Origin: Psilocybe cubensis
Lineage: Eukaryota
Length of the DNA stretch: 64,000 nucleotides
Direction of reading: 5' to 3'
NCBI GenBank assembly: GCA_017499595.2
Contig: CM039007.1
Coordinates: 2,356,001-2,420,000 of the forward strand
The position numbers and the translations under genes were made by a program. Position 1 is the first letter of the stretch, and the number at the start of each line of letters is the position of its first letter. Shown piece by piece: positions 49,956-60,593 of this stretch. A model generated the notes under the pieces. That model was not told the origin of the DNA. It was given only the letters and a program-made list of their open reading frames with translations, and searched no databases.

Positions 49956-51957
49956 ACCTTGCACACCGTACATTGCCAGTGCTTGGCAGCAGGCCCTGGC
50001 TCGCAGTGGGTTGGCAGACAGGTATCCCAGCGTGGTGGAGGGCATTAAAAGTGGGTTTCGGATCAGCCTCCCCGAAATTCACTTCACACAGATTCCACCA
50101 AATCGCCCCTCGGTGGCCGAGTATCGTGTGCAGTTTGCCGCCATTGTGCAGAGCGAAGTGGACAAGAAGAGGTACATTGGCCCTGCCACTCGTGGCGAGC
50201 TTGAAGCCGTTATTGGCCCTTTCCAGACATCCCCTTTCTCAATCATCCCTAAGCCAGGCAGGAAGGACAAGTTCCGCATTATCCAGAACTTCTCCTTTCC
50301 GCTTACCCCTTCCGCATCTTTCCCTCAAGCTTCAATCAATTCATTCATTGATTCCAGCAACTTTCCCTGCACATGGGGGACATTTGCAGTCACTTGTAGC
50401 ACTATCGGCGACCTCCCACCTCTGTCACAAATGGCAGTGCGGGATGTTTCCGAGGCCTATCGTACCATTCCCTTACACCGGTCACAATGGCCCGCAGCAG
50501 TTGTCCAGACCGATGAAGGCACCTTTTATGTGGATACATGCCTGGCCTTCGGTGCAAGGCCCTCCGGAGGGGTATTTGGTTTGGTGGCTGACGCGTCGGC
50601 GGACCTCTTTCGCGCGGAGGGAATGGGCCCGCTGGTCAAGTGGGTGGATGACCACAATTTTATGCGGGTTTTGGTGCGGTATCTGGATGAGTACAACGAA
50701 CGGCGGAGGCGGCGCAGGCAGCTTGTGGCTGCACATGGTAAGAAACACGAGGGTGGCCGTTTGTGGTTTGGGGAGGGTTTTGCACGGAGTGGAGATGGTT
50801 TTGAGGCAGTGGAGGACTTTGCATTCCCTGTTCTTGACCTGTCGGAGAGCAGTACACGGTCTGTTGAGGACAGACTGTACGCTTACTGCTTTGAGGATAT
50901 TGACCGGTTCTCTTCTGTGCTGGGTATACGGTGGGAGCTGGCAAAGGACAGCCCGTTTGGGTTTCGTGGCGTCTATATTGGTTTGGAATGGGATCTGCGG
51001 GATCGCACGGTCGGCATTCCTTTGGCGAAGGCGGAAAAATACAGGGCATCCATCGTGGATTGGCGCACGCGTGAAACTCACGTGCTTCAAGATGTTCAAA
51101 AGCTTTACGGGCGCTTGTTGCATGCCTGTCTGGTGGTCATCTCGGGTAGGGCACGTCTGGTGGGGTTGGAGGAGATGCTCGGTGTTTATGGCACCACTCC
51201 TTTTGTCCCCCGACACGCCGTCCGATCCATTGCCCAGGACCTCGCATGGTGGCAGGAGCGACTTTCTCTCCCGCAGTTGGTATGACCCATCCCCTGTGAG
51301 ACCCCCGTTTTCGACATTGGGGCATTCTCGGATGCCAGCTCAGAGGTCGGCATCGCCATCGTTATCAATGGGCATTGGAGGGCATGGCGCCTGCTTCCCG
51401 GATGGAAGACTCTCCATGGAGTGCGAGACATTACCTGGGCCGAAGCAATCGGTTTTGAACTGCTTGTCACCGCCGTTATCCGGCTTACACCTGAGTCTCA
51501 GCATGTTCGGCTCTACGGGGACAACCGAGGTGTCGTCGAGGGTTGGTGGAATGGCCGGAGCAGAAACAGGCAAGTCAATGAGGTTTTCAAGTGCATCCAT
51601 GACCGACTTGAGGCTGCCGGCCGGGAAGGGTGCATCCACTCTGCCTATGTGCCCAGCGCCAGTAACCCCGCAGACGCCCCGTCCCGGGGATCATTTCCTT
51701 CTTCCTCCCTCCTCCTCCCACCCATTTCCATCCCTGTTCGGGCAGCTGGTCTCCTCGTGGACGCCCTGGACCCCCTCACACCAGCAGAGCTCAACCTCAA
51801 GAGGGCCGGAAAGTGGCCAGCTGCCCGCCCACGCCAGCAGGTCTCCTCTGAAGAGCGGTTGTCTTTCAATGACTCCCGGTTCAACTCGCTCGGGCCACTG
51901 GACCTTCCTGAATGGGGAGACCACGAATACTCCATCGCGGAAGCGGGGCCAGAGTAG
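49486..51957 (+). pseudogene. Reverse transcriptase-RNase H ORF interrupted by one in-frame TGA at 51283-51285
   Basis: RT motifs KFRIIQNFS, DVSEAYRTIP, FG..PSGGVF, WVDD. The same frame continues after the stop with RNase H motifs FSDAS, AEAIG, GDNRGVV, NPADAPSRG. Confidence 0.85.
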
Positions 51958-53137
51958 CAGGGCAGAGCTTGTAGCAGTGCAGACGTTCTCCCCTTCTAAG
52001 CGTCCGCGGTGTGGTTTGCTGATTGCGCCTTCAGTCTTGCGGCCTCCCTGTTTGGCTGTTGATCGCCTGCGGCTTTGGAAGCCGTTTCCTGTGTGGTCAG
52101 GTGCTGCAGCAGTGCGTCAGTCCTCGGAGGAAGAGCTAGTGCGGGTTTTGGACTTGCTGAGCTGCACATGGGCGCCGGCAACCAAGGTTGTTTATGGTGC
52201 TGGTTTATTGGTTTTTAACGTCTACTGTGATCAGCGCAACCCGCCTATACCGGAGGGTGACCGCGGGCCCATCTCAACCTCTCTGTTGTTGGAATTCATT
52301 GCAGCGTGCGCAGGTTTGTATGCAGGTTCCACACTCCGCAACTATTTTTACGGTTTGCGTGCTTGGCATACCCTGCATGGGTTGACTTGGGCGGTGGACG
52401 AGACACGCGCTTCTGCCGCTCTCACCGCGGCAGAGCGAGTTGCTCCGCCATCTGCTCGATCACCACGTTTACCCCTGCGTGTGGCGGACATCGAGGCCAT
52501 GTACACTCGTCTGAACATGGACGACCCTTTTGATGTCGCGTGGTTTGCTTGTCTGACCACTACCTTCTGGTCTGTTTCGCGCCTGGGTGAGTTTACGGTT
52601 CCCACTCTCAAGGGTTTTGACCCTGAGCGACACATCAAACCGTCAGATGTCCAGTTTCGCATGCCGGGCGGGCGTTTGGGGCTAGAAGTCACTCTTTTCA
52701 AGCTTCCTTGGACAAAGTCGGCTAAGTCGGCAGGGGAGACAGTTCAGTGGGCACGGCAGGATGGTGTAGCGGATCCTGAGGCGGCTCTGCGCCGCCATCT
52801 CGATGTCAATGCGCCAGCAGATGGCGAGCACCTTTTTACGCATCGCTTCCGGGGGGCCAGGCGGCCCATGTCAAAGCCTGTCTTTCTCCGCAAACTGAAG
52901 TCTGTGGTTGCAGCAGCAGGGATCGACGAGGTGCATGGCCATAGCCTGCGCATTGGCGGGGTCTTGGAATATCTTCTGCGAGGTGTCCCTTTTGAGGTGG
53001 TAAAGGTGATTGGGAGATGGGCAAGTGATGCTTTCCAGGTATACTTACGGCGCCATGGTGATGTCCTTGCGCCGTACATCCAGAATCTCCCTATTCTGGA
53101 GCCATTCACGCGCTTGGTCATGCCTCGAGTCCGCTAG
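49694..53137 (+). CDS. Tyrosine recombinase ORF (YR domain in the C-terminal ~400 aa; the frame overlaps RT/RH)
   Basis: Catalytic set SRLGEF (R), LPWTKS (K), HGHSLRIGG (HxxR), GRWASDAFQVY (W, Y). True start codon unknown. Confidence 0.9.
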   Translation: MPGALDTPPPQRVRSRVHVEQCSQNSLVPRTRAQVRPHVPLRQRCLVPRLAEEEWMQPNRPQSAAPLLWVRLRLAWCSQLHSSGEALNLAHRTLPVLGSRPWLAVGWQTGIPAWWRALKVGFGSASPKFTSHRFHQIAPRWPSIVCSLPPLCRAKWTRRGTLALPLVASLKPLLALSRHPLSQSSLSQAGRTSSALSRTSPFRLPLPHLSLKLQSIHSLIPATFPAHGGHLQSLVALSATSHLCHKWQCGMFPRPIVPFPYTGHNGPQQLSRPMKAPFMWIHAWPSVQGPPEGYLVWWLTRRRTSFARREWARWSSGWMTTILCGFWCGIWMSTTNGGGGAGSLWLHMVRNTRVAVCGLGRVLHGVEMVLRQWRTLHSLFLTCRRAVHGLLRTDCTLTALRILTGSLLCWVYGGSWQRTARLGFVASILVWNGICGIARSAFLWRRRKNTGHPSWIGARVKLTCFKMFKSFTGACCMPVWWSSRVGHVWWGWRRCSVFMAPLLLSPDTPSDPLPRTSHGGRSDFLSRSWYDPSPVRPPFSTLGHSRMPAQRSASPSLSMGIGGHGACFPDGRLSMECETLPGPKQSVLNCLSPPLSGLHLSLSMFGSTGTTEVSSRVGGMAGAETGKSMRFSSASMTDLRLPAGKGASTLPMCPAPVTPQTPRPGDHFLLPPSSSHPFPSLFGQLVSSWTPWTPSHQQSSTSRGPESGQLPAHASRSPLKSGCLSMTPGSTRSGHWTFLNGETTNTPSRKRGQSSRAELVAVQTFSPSKRPRCGLLIAPSVLRPPCLAVDRLRLWKPFPVWSGAAAVRQSSEEELVRVLDLLSCTWAPATKVVYGAGLLVFNVYCDQRNPPIPEGDRGPISTSLLLEFIAACAGLYAGSTLRNYFYGLRAWHTLHGLTWAVDETRASAALTAAERVAPPSARSPRLPLRVADIEAMYTRLNMDDPFDVAWFACLTTTFWSVSRLGEFTVPTLKGFDPERHIKPSDVQFRMPGGRLGLEVTLFKLPWTKSAKSAGETVQWARQDGVADPEAALRRHLDVNAPADGEHLFTHRFRGARRPMSKPVFLRKLKSVVAAAGIDEVHGHSLRIGGVLEYLLRGVPFEVVKVIGRWASDAFQVYLRRHGDVLAPYIQNLPILEPFTRLVMPRVR

Positions 53138-53249
53138 GGTCAGACCTGAGATGGTTGGTGGAGCGGGGTAAGTCCGTTCTCCTAGTGGTGTGGGGTTCCA
53201 TCGACAGAGCGCGGTCGTTTGAAGCGTCGTCCGAACTCCTACCCTCTTG

Positions 53250-53620
53250 TGGGTGTTCAAACTCTGACCGAGCTCTTTTCAGATCACAAAGATCATGCAG
53301 ACCACTTGGTATTCACAGTGGTTGCTCAACGAGTACGAACATCTCGAGGTTGGAAAAGGAATAAATTTTCTAGGTACATTCTACGAGTGTAGAGTTCTCA
53401 TAGAATCGGTGTCCGCAGAGAAAATCAATCCTTTTCTCACCCAAACTCGCGATATAGTGCACAGCACTACATCGGATGCGTTTTAGAGTAGCGAGATTGA
53501 CATTCTCTAAGTATATAGCGCACACACTGCGAGGTAACAGTGCGTGTTGTCTCTTGTTTTCCCGAAACCGAAGACAGGATTAGTCAATCTCGCGGAGAGT
53601 TTTTACGCCTCCGTCAGACA
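53250..53620 (+). repeat. Split direct repeat B1 (371 bp)
   Basis: tgggtgttcaaactctgacc...ccgtcagaca, read as identical to 53872-54242. Confidence 0.95.
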
Positions 53621-53623
53621 TAG

Positions 53624-53796
53624 ATCTGTGTTCTGAGTCTAAGGGAAGTGTAACGTAGCGTGACACAGAACCTCGTCTATGTCACGGCTGAGCGAAATTT
53701 TGTGAGTGCACCTTGCCTCTCACCTTCGCTCAGCCGCAATCTGCTTCTACGAGAAATTCCTTCGTACAGCAATTTCTCGCTCGAACAAAATTTTGA
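53624..53796 (+). repeat. Split direct repeat A2 (173 bp)
   Basis: Copy of 47705-47877, starting 3 bp after B1. Confidence 0.95.
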
Positions 53797-53871
53797 CCCA
53801 CCCGCCATCCCTCTTCACCACGCGTGGGCTCACTTGCGTTACCTCGATGTGTTCACTCGTAGCATGGAGTT

Positions 53872-54242
53872 TGGGTGTTCAAACTCTGACCGAGCTCTTT
53901 TCAGATCACAAAGATCATGCAGACCACTTGGTATTCACAGTGGTTGCTCAACGAGTACGAACATCTCGAGGTTGGAAAAGGAATAAATTTTCTAGGTACA
54001 TTCTACGAGTGTAGAGTTCTCATAGAATCGGTGTCCGCAGAGAAAATCAATCCTTTTCTCACCCAAACTCGCGATATAGTGCACAGCACTACATCGGATG
54101 CGTTTTAGAGTAGCGAGATTGACATTCTCTAAGTATATAGCGCACACACTGCGAGGTAACAGTGCGTGTTGTCTCTTGTTTTCCCGAAACCGAAGACAGG
54201 ATTAGTCAATCTCGCGGAGAGTTTTTACGCCTCCGTCAGACA
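53872..54242 (+). repeat. Split direct repeat B2 (371 bp), right end of the element
   Basis: Copy of 53250-53620. The identical spurious 63-aa ORFs at 53295 and 53917 confirm the duplication. Confidence 0.95.
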
Positions 54243-54395
54243 AGTCGAATTCGCCACACAAATTAACGCGTCGCCACACGTCACCTCAATGCGCTCATTC
54301 ACGTGCTTTGCGCTGATCACGCTATCCAAATTTGAAAGTTGGACGACTGTTCGCCAACAACTTTTATTTTACTTGTGCTCAACAATTGCTGGTGC

Positions 54396-56274
54396 ATGAA
54401 CGGAACGAAATTCACCAGATATGGCTGGTTGGTGTGTCTGTGGTCTCTCATCATTCCATTCCAGGTACTTTCAGATATGTTCAACTCCAATTTTATCGCC
54501 ACAATGACAATTACCATGTAGCATGGTTACCACATTTCTGTTCTCAACCAAATCCAGGGGGTTCTGACATGCAAAGGTGCTCCAATCCCTGAGTTTTCCA
54601 GGAGAAATGACTTGCCAATCTGTATACCCATGTCGGACGCAATGTTCTCGTTAATCACCTCGATATACACTGTCGGCGGTCTTGTGGGTAGCCTGGTTGC
54701 CAACATAGTCATGGACCGTTGGGGCCGTCGAGGCTCGAATCGCATTTCTGCCCTTCTGATAACATTTTTCACGGCCGCCATGGGTCTAACCAGCTCGATA
54801 CCCCTGCTCTTAATAAGCAGGTAAGATTACTTACTTGCGAGCTTGCATCAGGATGCCAATTGGATTAGATTCATGATAGGCATTGCATCTGGACTGGGTC
54901 TATGTGTTGGGCCAATTTATCTTGCCGAAATTGCGCCCTTGAGAATACGAGGGAGCGTTGGTTAGTTTTCCGCTGTATGGCAAGATCATTGAATAATTTG
55001 GCTTTAGGCATCTTGACACAGCTTGCCATCGTGTCCGGAGTAATGGGCACTCAGATTGCCGGAATAAACCTGGCATACGCGTCTCAATGGCGTCTTGTCT
55101 TTCTCGTGTCGTTCATTCTTTCCGTGCTTCAACTCCTGTCGAGCTCTTTCGTCGTAGAATCACCTGCCTTTCTTTCTGCTCTTCAGCGCCCAGATGATCA
55201 TAAAGCTGCAGCACAAAGACTCTGGGGAAATACTGCATCGGATGTAGCTTGCAAGTCATTTATTGGGCTGTATACGTTACAACAACGTTACAACTAACAA
55301 GAATTAATAGCTGAGGAGACCAGCCTGTTAGACGAAACAGACAACAGACCGCCTCAGCAACAAGAAATCATTTTTATCCCTCAGCTACTTGTCAAGCCAG
55401 AGTTGCGAAGACCCCTTGCCATAGTCAGTCTGTCCATGATTGCTCAGCAGATTTCTGGTAGGCCTCCCTAAGTTCGACGAAGTTAAACCTCACTTCCTGT
55501 TGTAGGCGTTACAGCAGGTAATTGTCCAAGACGTCTATCATAACCTACTTATTAGCAAGCAGTCTTTTATTATAGCAATGATCTCCTGGCAAAGTCTCTC
55601 CCTCAACTTGGTGCCTACATTTCCCTGGGCATTACAATCATAAACGTGCTTATGACTTTCCCGCCGATCTTTCTCATCGAGGTAACTAAAATTCTTTCAA
55701 TGCGAATGTCGACTCACTCATATTTTTATAGAGAACGGGTAGACGATCACTGCTTACCACCTCCATTCTCGGTGCACTTCTCTCACTTGTCACGGTCGGA
55801 TTTGCCCTCGATTCAGGGTTTTCGACTCTTGCTAGCATTGCCATTGTGACGTTTGTAATGTTCGTCTTTATACTCTTGCCTTTGGCCTTGTTTGACCTCT
55901 ATTATTAGGTTTTATGCGATTGGACTCGGCCCTATACCATTCGTGATGATACCTGATGTATCTCCCCCATATGTACGCATGTTCGATCCGTGCCTCTATA
56001 CATTTACCTGACAGACCGTACGCTCGCACAGGCGGTGTCAGCGCTCTCATCTGTGGCTCTTTCAACCAGTTGTGAGTCATACTTCCACGTTTTAATCCGC
56101 TGATCTGAACTCTTTTACGTGCTAGGGTCAACTAGCTTTCTCGTGGGACTTGTCTTCCTCCCAATCAGAAACATTCTGTCCGGAGGAGACATGTACAAAG
56201 AGGGAAGGGTGTTTTACGTTTTCGGCTTGCTATTTGGTGTTGCGAGTATCTTGCTCTTTAGGTTCTACAGATAA
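54396..56274 (+). CDS. MFS sugar-porter family transporter, multi-exon
   Basis: SIYTVGGLVGS...DRWGRRG, R|F.IG..SG...VGPIYLAEIAP..IRG, ESP, QQISG, YAIGLGPIPF..IPDV. Confidence 0.9.
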
Positions 56275-56655
56275 CCTATTGTTAAATGCTACTACTTTGA
56301 AGAATGTTTGACGAACTGGGAAAATATAGGTCTATTACTACGCTCGAGGAAAGGACGGGAAATTGCAGGTTCTATTTTCACGCTGAATTGTTTTGCGACA
56401 TCTAGAGAGCATCGCACAAACGATTCCAGAAAACACTGGTCAAACTATTGAGGTTTATATGGATAATGACGATGATAGACGCAGGAGGTGAACATAGAGT
56501 AATCAGGTACGTTGTCTGAGGTCATACAGAATTCTGTAGCATTACTATTTGAAATTTGCAGTGCCTTTACCACTCTTGGGAATCGTTGTCGATCGGGCGC
56601 TTAATGTGAACTTTAAACTCACTCTAAAGGTGTGGACATCAATTTGACGTAAATT

Positions 56656-57837
56656 TTACCACTTCTCGTGAGCAGAGCGCACTGTTTACCAAAATTAGAC
56701 CATTAAAAGTCGCGGTCTGGGACAGAACATTGAACTCACAATCAAGCTCCCATGTCCACGCAGACCGGTCTTGGTTTGCTAAGTAGAGATACGACTGGCA
56801 GGGGAGGGGTGAGCGTATAATTCGTCAGAAACCTTTGAATTGATTTTCAATATATATCACAACTTACAGAGGCAATACTATCTGGTTTGATTTTCGTGTC
56901 CTTGACAGCTTCGGGATCTGCTTTGGGATCAAGAGCAATAACTATACATTCGCTTGTCATCAGTCGCTACTCTTGATTTTATCTTTCTACAAGCGTACCT
57001 CCATCAATAATAACCTACAACGTAGAGAAAAATCAGTTGTAATGATCAACGGGAACGGATTGGTACCCAGAAACTCACGTGCGCAACATGAATATTCTCT
57101 TTCCCAAACTCCTTCGCCAAACTCTGAGACAAAGCCCTCGTCCCCCACTTTCCGGCAGCAAACGCGCTCGTCATCACGTTGCCGCGCATGCTCGCCGTAG
57201 CGCCCGTGAAAATCAGCGCGCCGCGTTTCCCACTCGGCTCATCGATGTCATTGCCCTTGAACGTGAGTATCGCGTTGCGGGAGAATGCAAACGCGCCGAA
57301 CACGTTGGACTGCATACAACTATGAAGATCTTGTGGTGAAACGTCAAGGAAAGGTTTGAAAACTCCAGATCCAACGTTATATACCGCCGCGCGGACGGCG
57401 TAGCGTGACTTAGGGAAATGGGCATGGATTGAGGACCAGACTGAGGCCATTTCATCATGCGAATATGATGAAATACCAAACGACTTTGCCTAACGGTGCA
57501 GTGGCATATGTATATCTAACATTAAAAATGGAGGAACAGACATACCTGGCCACCTCCCTGGTTGATTTCTTCCACTAACGCGCTAGCACCGTCCGAACCT
57601 TCGCGACCAATAAGCGCGACAGTATACCCATTTTTTGCAAACATCCGCCTATAAACCTGTCAAAAATTCACGCATGTGCAATTTATACCATGGGTACCAA
57701 CGCAGTAGCTGCACCAGTACCAACAGGATTTCCAGCACCTAATTATAAATTACAAATCATGTCAAACTCTCTCCAAACATGCAAACAAGATTCGTACCTG
57801 CAATGACTAAAACGCGCTTCGCAGCATGAGAGGCCAT
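56656..57837 (-). CDS. Short-chain dehydrogenase/reductase (SDR), multi-exon
   Basis: VLVIAG|..G..GTGAA (Rossmann fold), GALIFTGATASMRG, AFAAGK...RALSQSLAKEFG..NIHVAH, DRSAWTWELD|.R..HEKW. Confidence 0.9.
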
Positions 57838-58416
57838 TCTACTGGTTCAATCTGGATTTCGTTGTATATGTTGTAGATTCAGTGGGGTACGTGTTTGCGT
57901 AATGCGACAATGATGGTTGAGAATAAAGTGGCCTCGTTCCAGTGAATCTCAGACTATTTCACTGGCTCTATTTGTAGCCACAAAGCGGCTAACTGAACCG
58001 CAGTTCCGCGTTTGTAATGAATCATTGACTACGACATTCACCGGACTTGGAAGTGTCAAGGCGTCAGTCAGCAGAGCATTTGTAATATGAAAAGTGGATG
58101 GGTCGCAAAATGCCTTCAACGGGGTTGGATAATGCTGCGAGTATGATAAACTTTTTATTGTTACTAGTATACAGTTGAACTCAACTTGATTGTGATAGAA
58201 AGCATGGAGATTGGGAGAACGTACTGGGCACTAGTTAATACAATTTTGTTTCATCATTGATCAACATACCAACGATAGAGAATGAAATTAACGCCAAAAA
58301 AGAGTCCCATAGGAAAACTAGACAGCAAAAACAAGAAAAACAGAAATTTCACAGCAAACAACGAAATTGGGGTTAATCAAGCCAAATATTATAATGTTAA
58401 GGGCAAATAGAGAAGT

Positions 58417-60593
58417 CTATGTCAGGACTTCCCATACCCCTAGCCCGCCGAAGAACAACCCAAGCGAAATCATCGAGTTGATATACACAAACGAGTGGAT
58501 TCCAATACGTGGAAGGACCCAGGGTGTGTGCATCATTGACATCAATGCCTGGACGAATAGAACAGGCGGGATGGTATACGCCAGTGGACGATTAGAGGCA
58601 GGGTATTGGTCCGCAGTAGGGAGGTCAACAAGACTGTCTGCAGTTGAAGGATGTGTGTAGGCAAAAGTCGACCGCATGTACGCTGCTGTTAGGAGCATGC
58701 ATATGCCTAAGGATGACAAGATAGAGTTGATCCGATGAAGACACGAAATAAACACCGGAATGCGCTATCACACAAAGATAAGATTCTGTAGTTCCACGAG
58801 TGAAAAATCAACGCACGATGACGGGGATACCATATACTTCTTCAAGCTCTTCCCTACTCTTGCAAGCCAGCAACTGGTCCAAGTCCCGCTCAACTTCATC
58901 TTCCACAGACAGTCGACTAGCTCCATTGGTTGGTTGGTGCGTTAAGAACTGTGCGTGGTCGTGAACCTTTAACAGTGGTTCTTGCTCTCCGTACACAACA
59001 TCGACAAGCCGATGGTCGCCGTAATGTGAATGTGAGTCAGAGGCCACGGAAGACAGCGAGTCGGAATGCGTCCTCTTGATGGCTCTGGGTGCACTGGGGT
59101 TTTGCCTATCTCGTTGCGTCGGCGTGACACTTGAGTCTTCTTCAACCTGAGCCGGAGACCGTGTCGGCGTAACGGCGACGTCGCTTCGCAGTGCTGCAGA
59201 CTCCATATTGCTTACTGCAGAATTTTTCTTCGCGGTAACGAGGACATCCTTGTACAGTGCGATGCTTTCGTACCCCTGCTTGATACCCACGACGGCTTCC
59301 GCTGCTGCCCATCCCAGTGCAACCCACCACACTCTCCTGAACGCATCATCGTGCCAAGTCGGGAAGTGGCGCTTGTGTAGACGTTCCAAATGTTCCGTGG
59401 AGTAGTAGGGTATAAGTAGAATAGGTATAGCGAGCTGCCGGAAGAAAAGTGACGAAGCGCTTTGCAAGAATGACGAAAATATCGACGTCAATATTGGGAT
59501 AATTGTTGGAAACCGGTGAGACGATGCTGGCACAAGGTTGGCACCGGTGAGAGATGTCGCGCAGAGAAAGTCGCGTAGAAGATATGACAGTGCCCAAAGG
59601 GACATGGAGACCAACAATTCTGGAATGGGAAATGAGAAATAAGGGGGGTAGGGAAATAGAGATGGTGTCGAGCTTCTGAAAGCGATATTGGGGAGAAGAG
59701 CTAAGAAAACAAAGGCGAAAAGCGTCGAAAGGGGGACTAGTGTGTATAGAGCAACAAGATTTTTGTAGCTCCCTGCACCAAAGTGTGATTATATGCGCAT
59801 TTTGACACCATTCTGTTTGCTTACCACGATATAAACCTTCCTTTGCGAGTTCTTCATCGAGAAGCCATTCTTCTTCCTCTTCACTGAGTTCGCTATTCTC
59901 TTCATCGTCGCCATCTGGCCTGGACCCATCTCCCAAAGTCCCTGGGGGAGCCGCGCCCTGCCCTACTGAACCATAATAGCGGTGCAGGCCAGTGTCGCCA
60001 TTATTACGAACTTGAACCCCGTTTCCCTCCTGCAAATCAGTGTCAGACGGGGAAGTTTCCATATCCTCTTCGGGTACCCTGTTCAAAATCTGTCTCGTAG
60101 AGCTGGATCTCGAGCGCCTGTACTCGTCCGGACTGCTTGTGCGAGGGTTGTTGTTATAAGTAGCAACAGGATGGTCGCTGTTGTCAATTTCGAGTCTGAT
60201 ATGAAAGGGTCGCGCCGAAAGAGATGCACCACTTTTGCCTTGGATAGTCTGAACTAGCACACCTTTCGTTTGTATACCTTGACCGTGGTGATAAGAATAG
60301 ACAGGTTGCTCCCCCGAAACTGCCGCGTTTTTTTTCGCCCCAAGAGATTTGAGATACCTTGTAAAAGCAGATGTACCCAGTAACAAGCGGGGACGCTTTG
60401 TATGGGACTGATGAGGAAGAGGGAGGTAAGAGCCCAGTTCAGCATAATCGACATCACTGACAGGCTCGGCGTTGTTCGGGCCAGGCGCTCCATAAATAGG
60501 GGCTCCGCCGCTGGCGACAGCCAACCTAGGTCGCCTCGATTCCGCCTCGTTCATAGCTGGCTGTTGCATCGAAACTTCATTTTCTGAGGACAT
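58417..60593 (-). CDS. Hypothetical membrane protein (3 predicted exons)
   Basis: Hydrophilic N-terminal exon ending EELAKEGLYRG|, followed by hydrophobic segments, AFRRVWWVALGWAAAEAVVGI.QGY, ELEEVYGIP and a terminal TM-rich exon. Confidence 0.7.

Larger units (their letters stand above)
47705..54242 (+). mobile_element. Ngaro-type tyrosine-recombinase (DIRS-group) retrotransposon, full length (~6.5 kb)
   Basis: Split direct repeats in the order A1-[gag, RT/RH, YR]-B1-A2-B2. Overlapping RT/RNase H and tyrosine recombinase ORFs, with no DDE integrase. Confidence 0.93.

Noticed and set aside
53295-54108. Duplicated 63-aa ORFs, and a possible assembly duplication or ordinary LTR pair
   Set aside because: They lie in repeats B1/B2. 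The A1...B1-A2-B2 order with a YR gene is the expected Ngaro structure, not LTRs or a misassembly.
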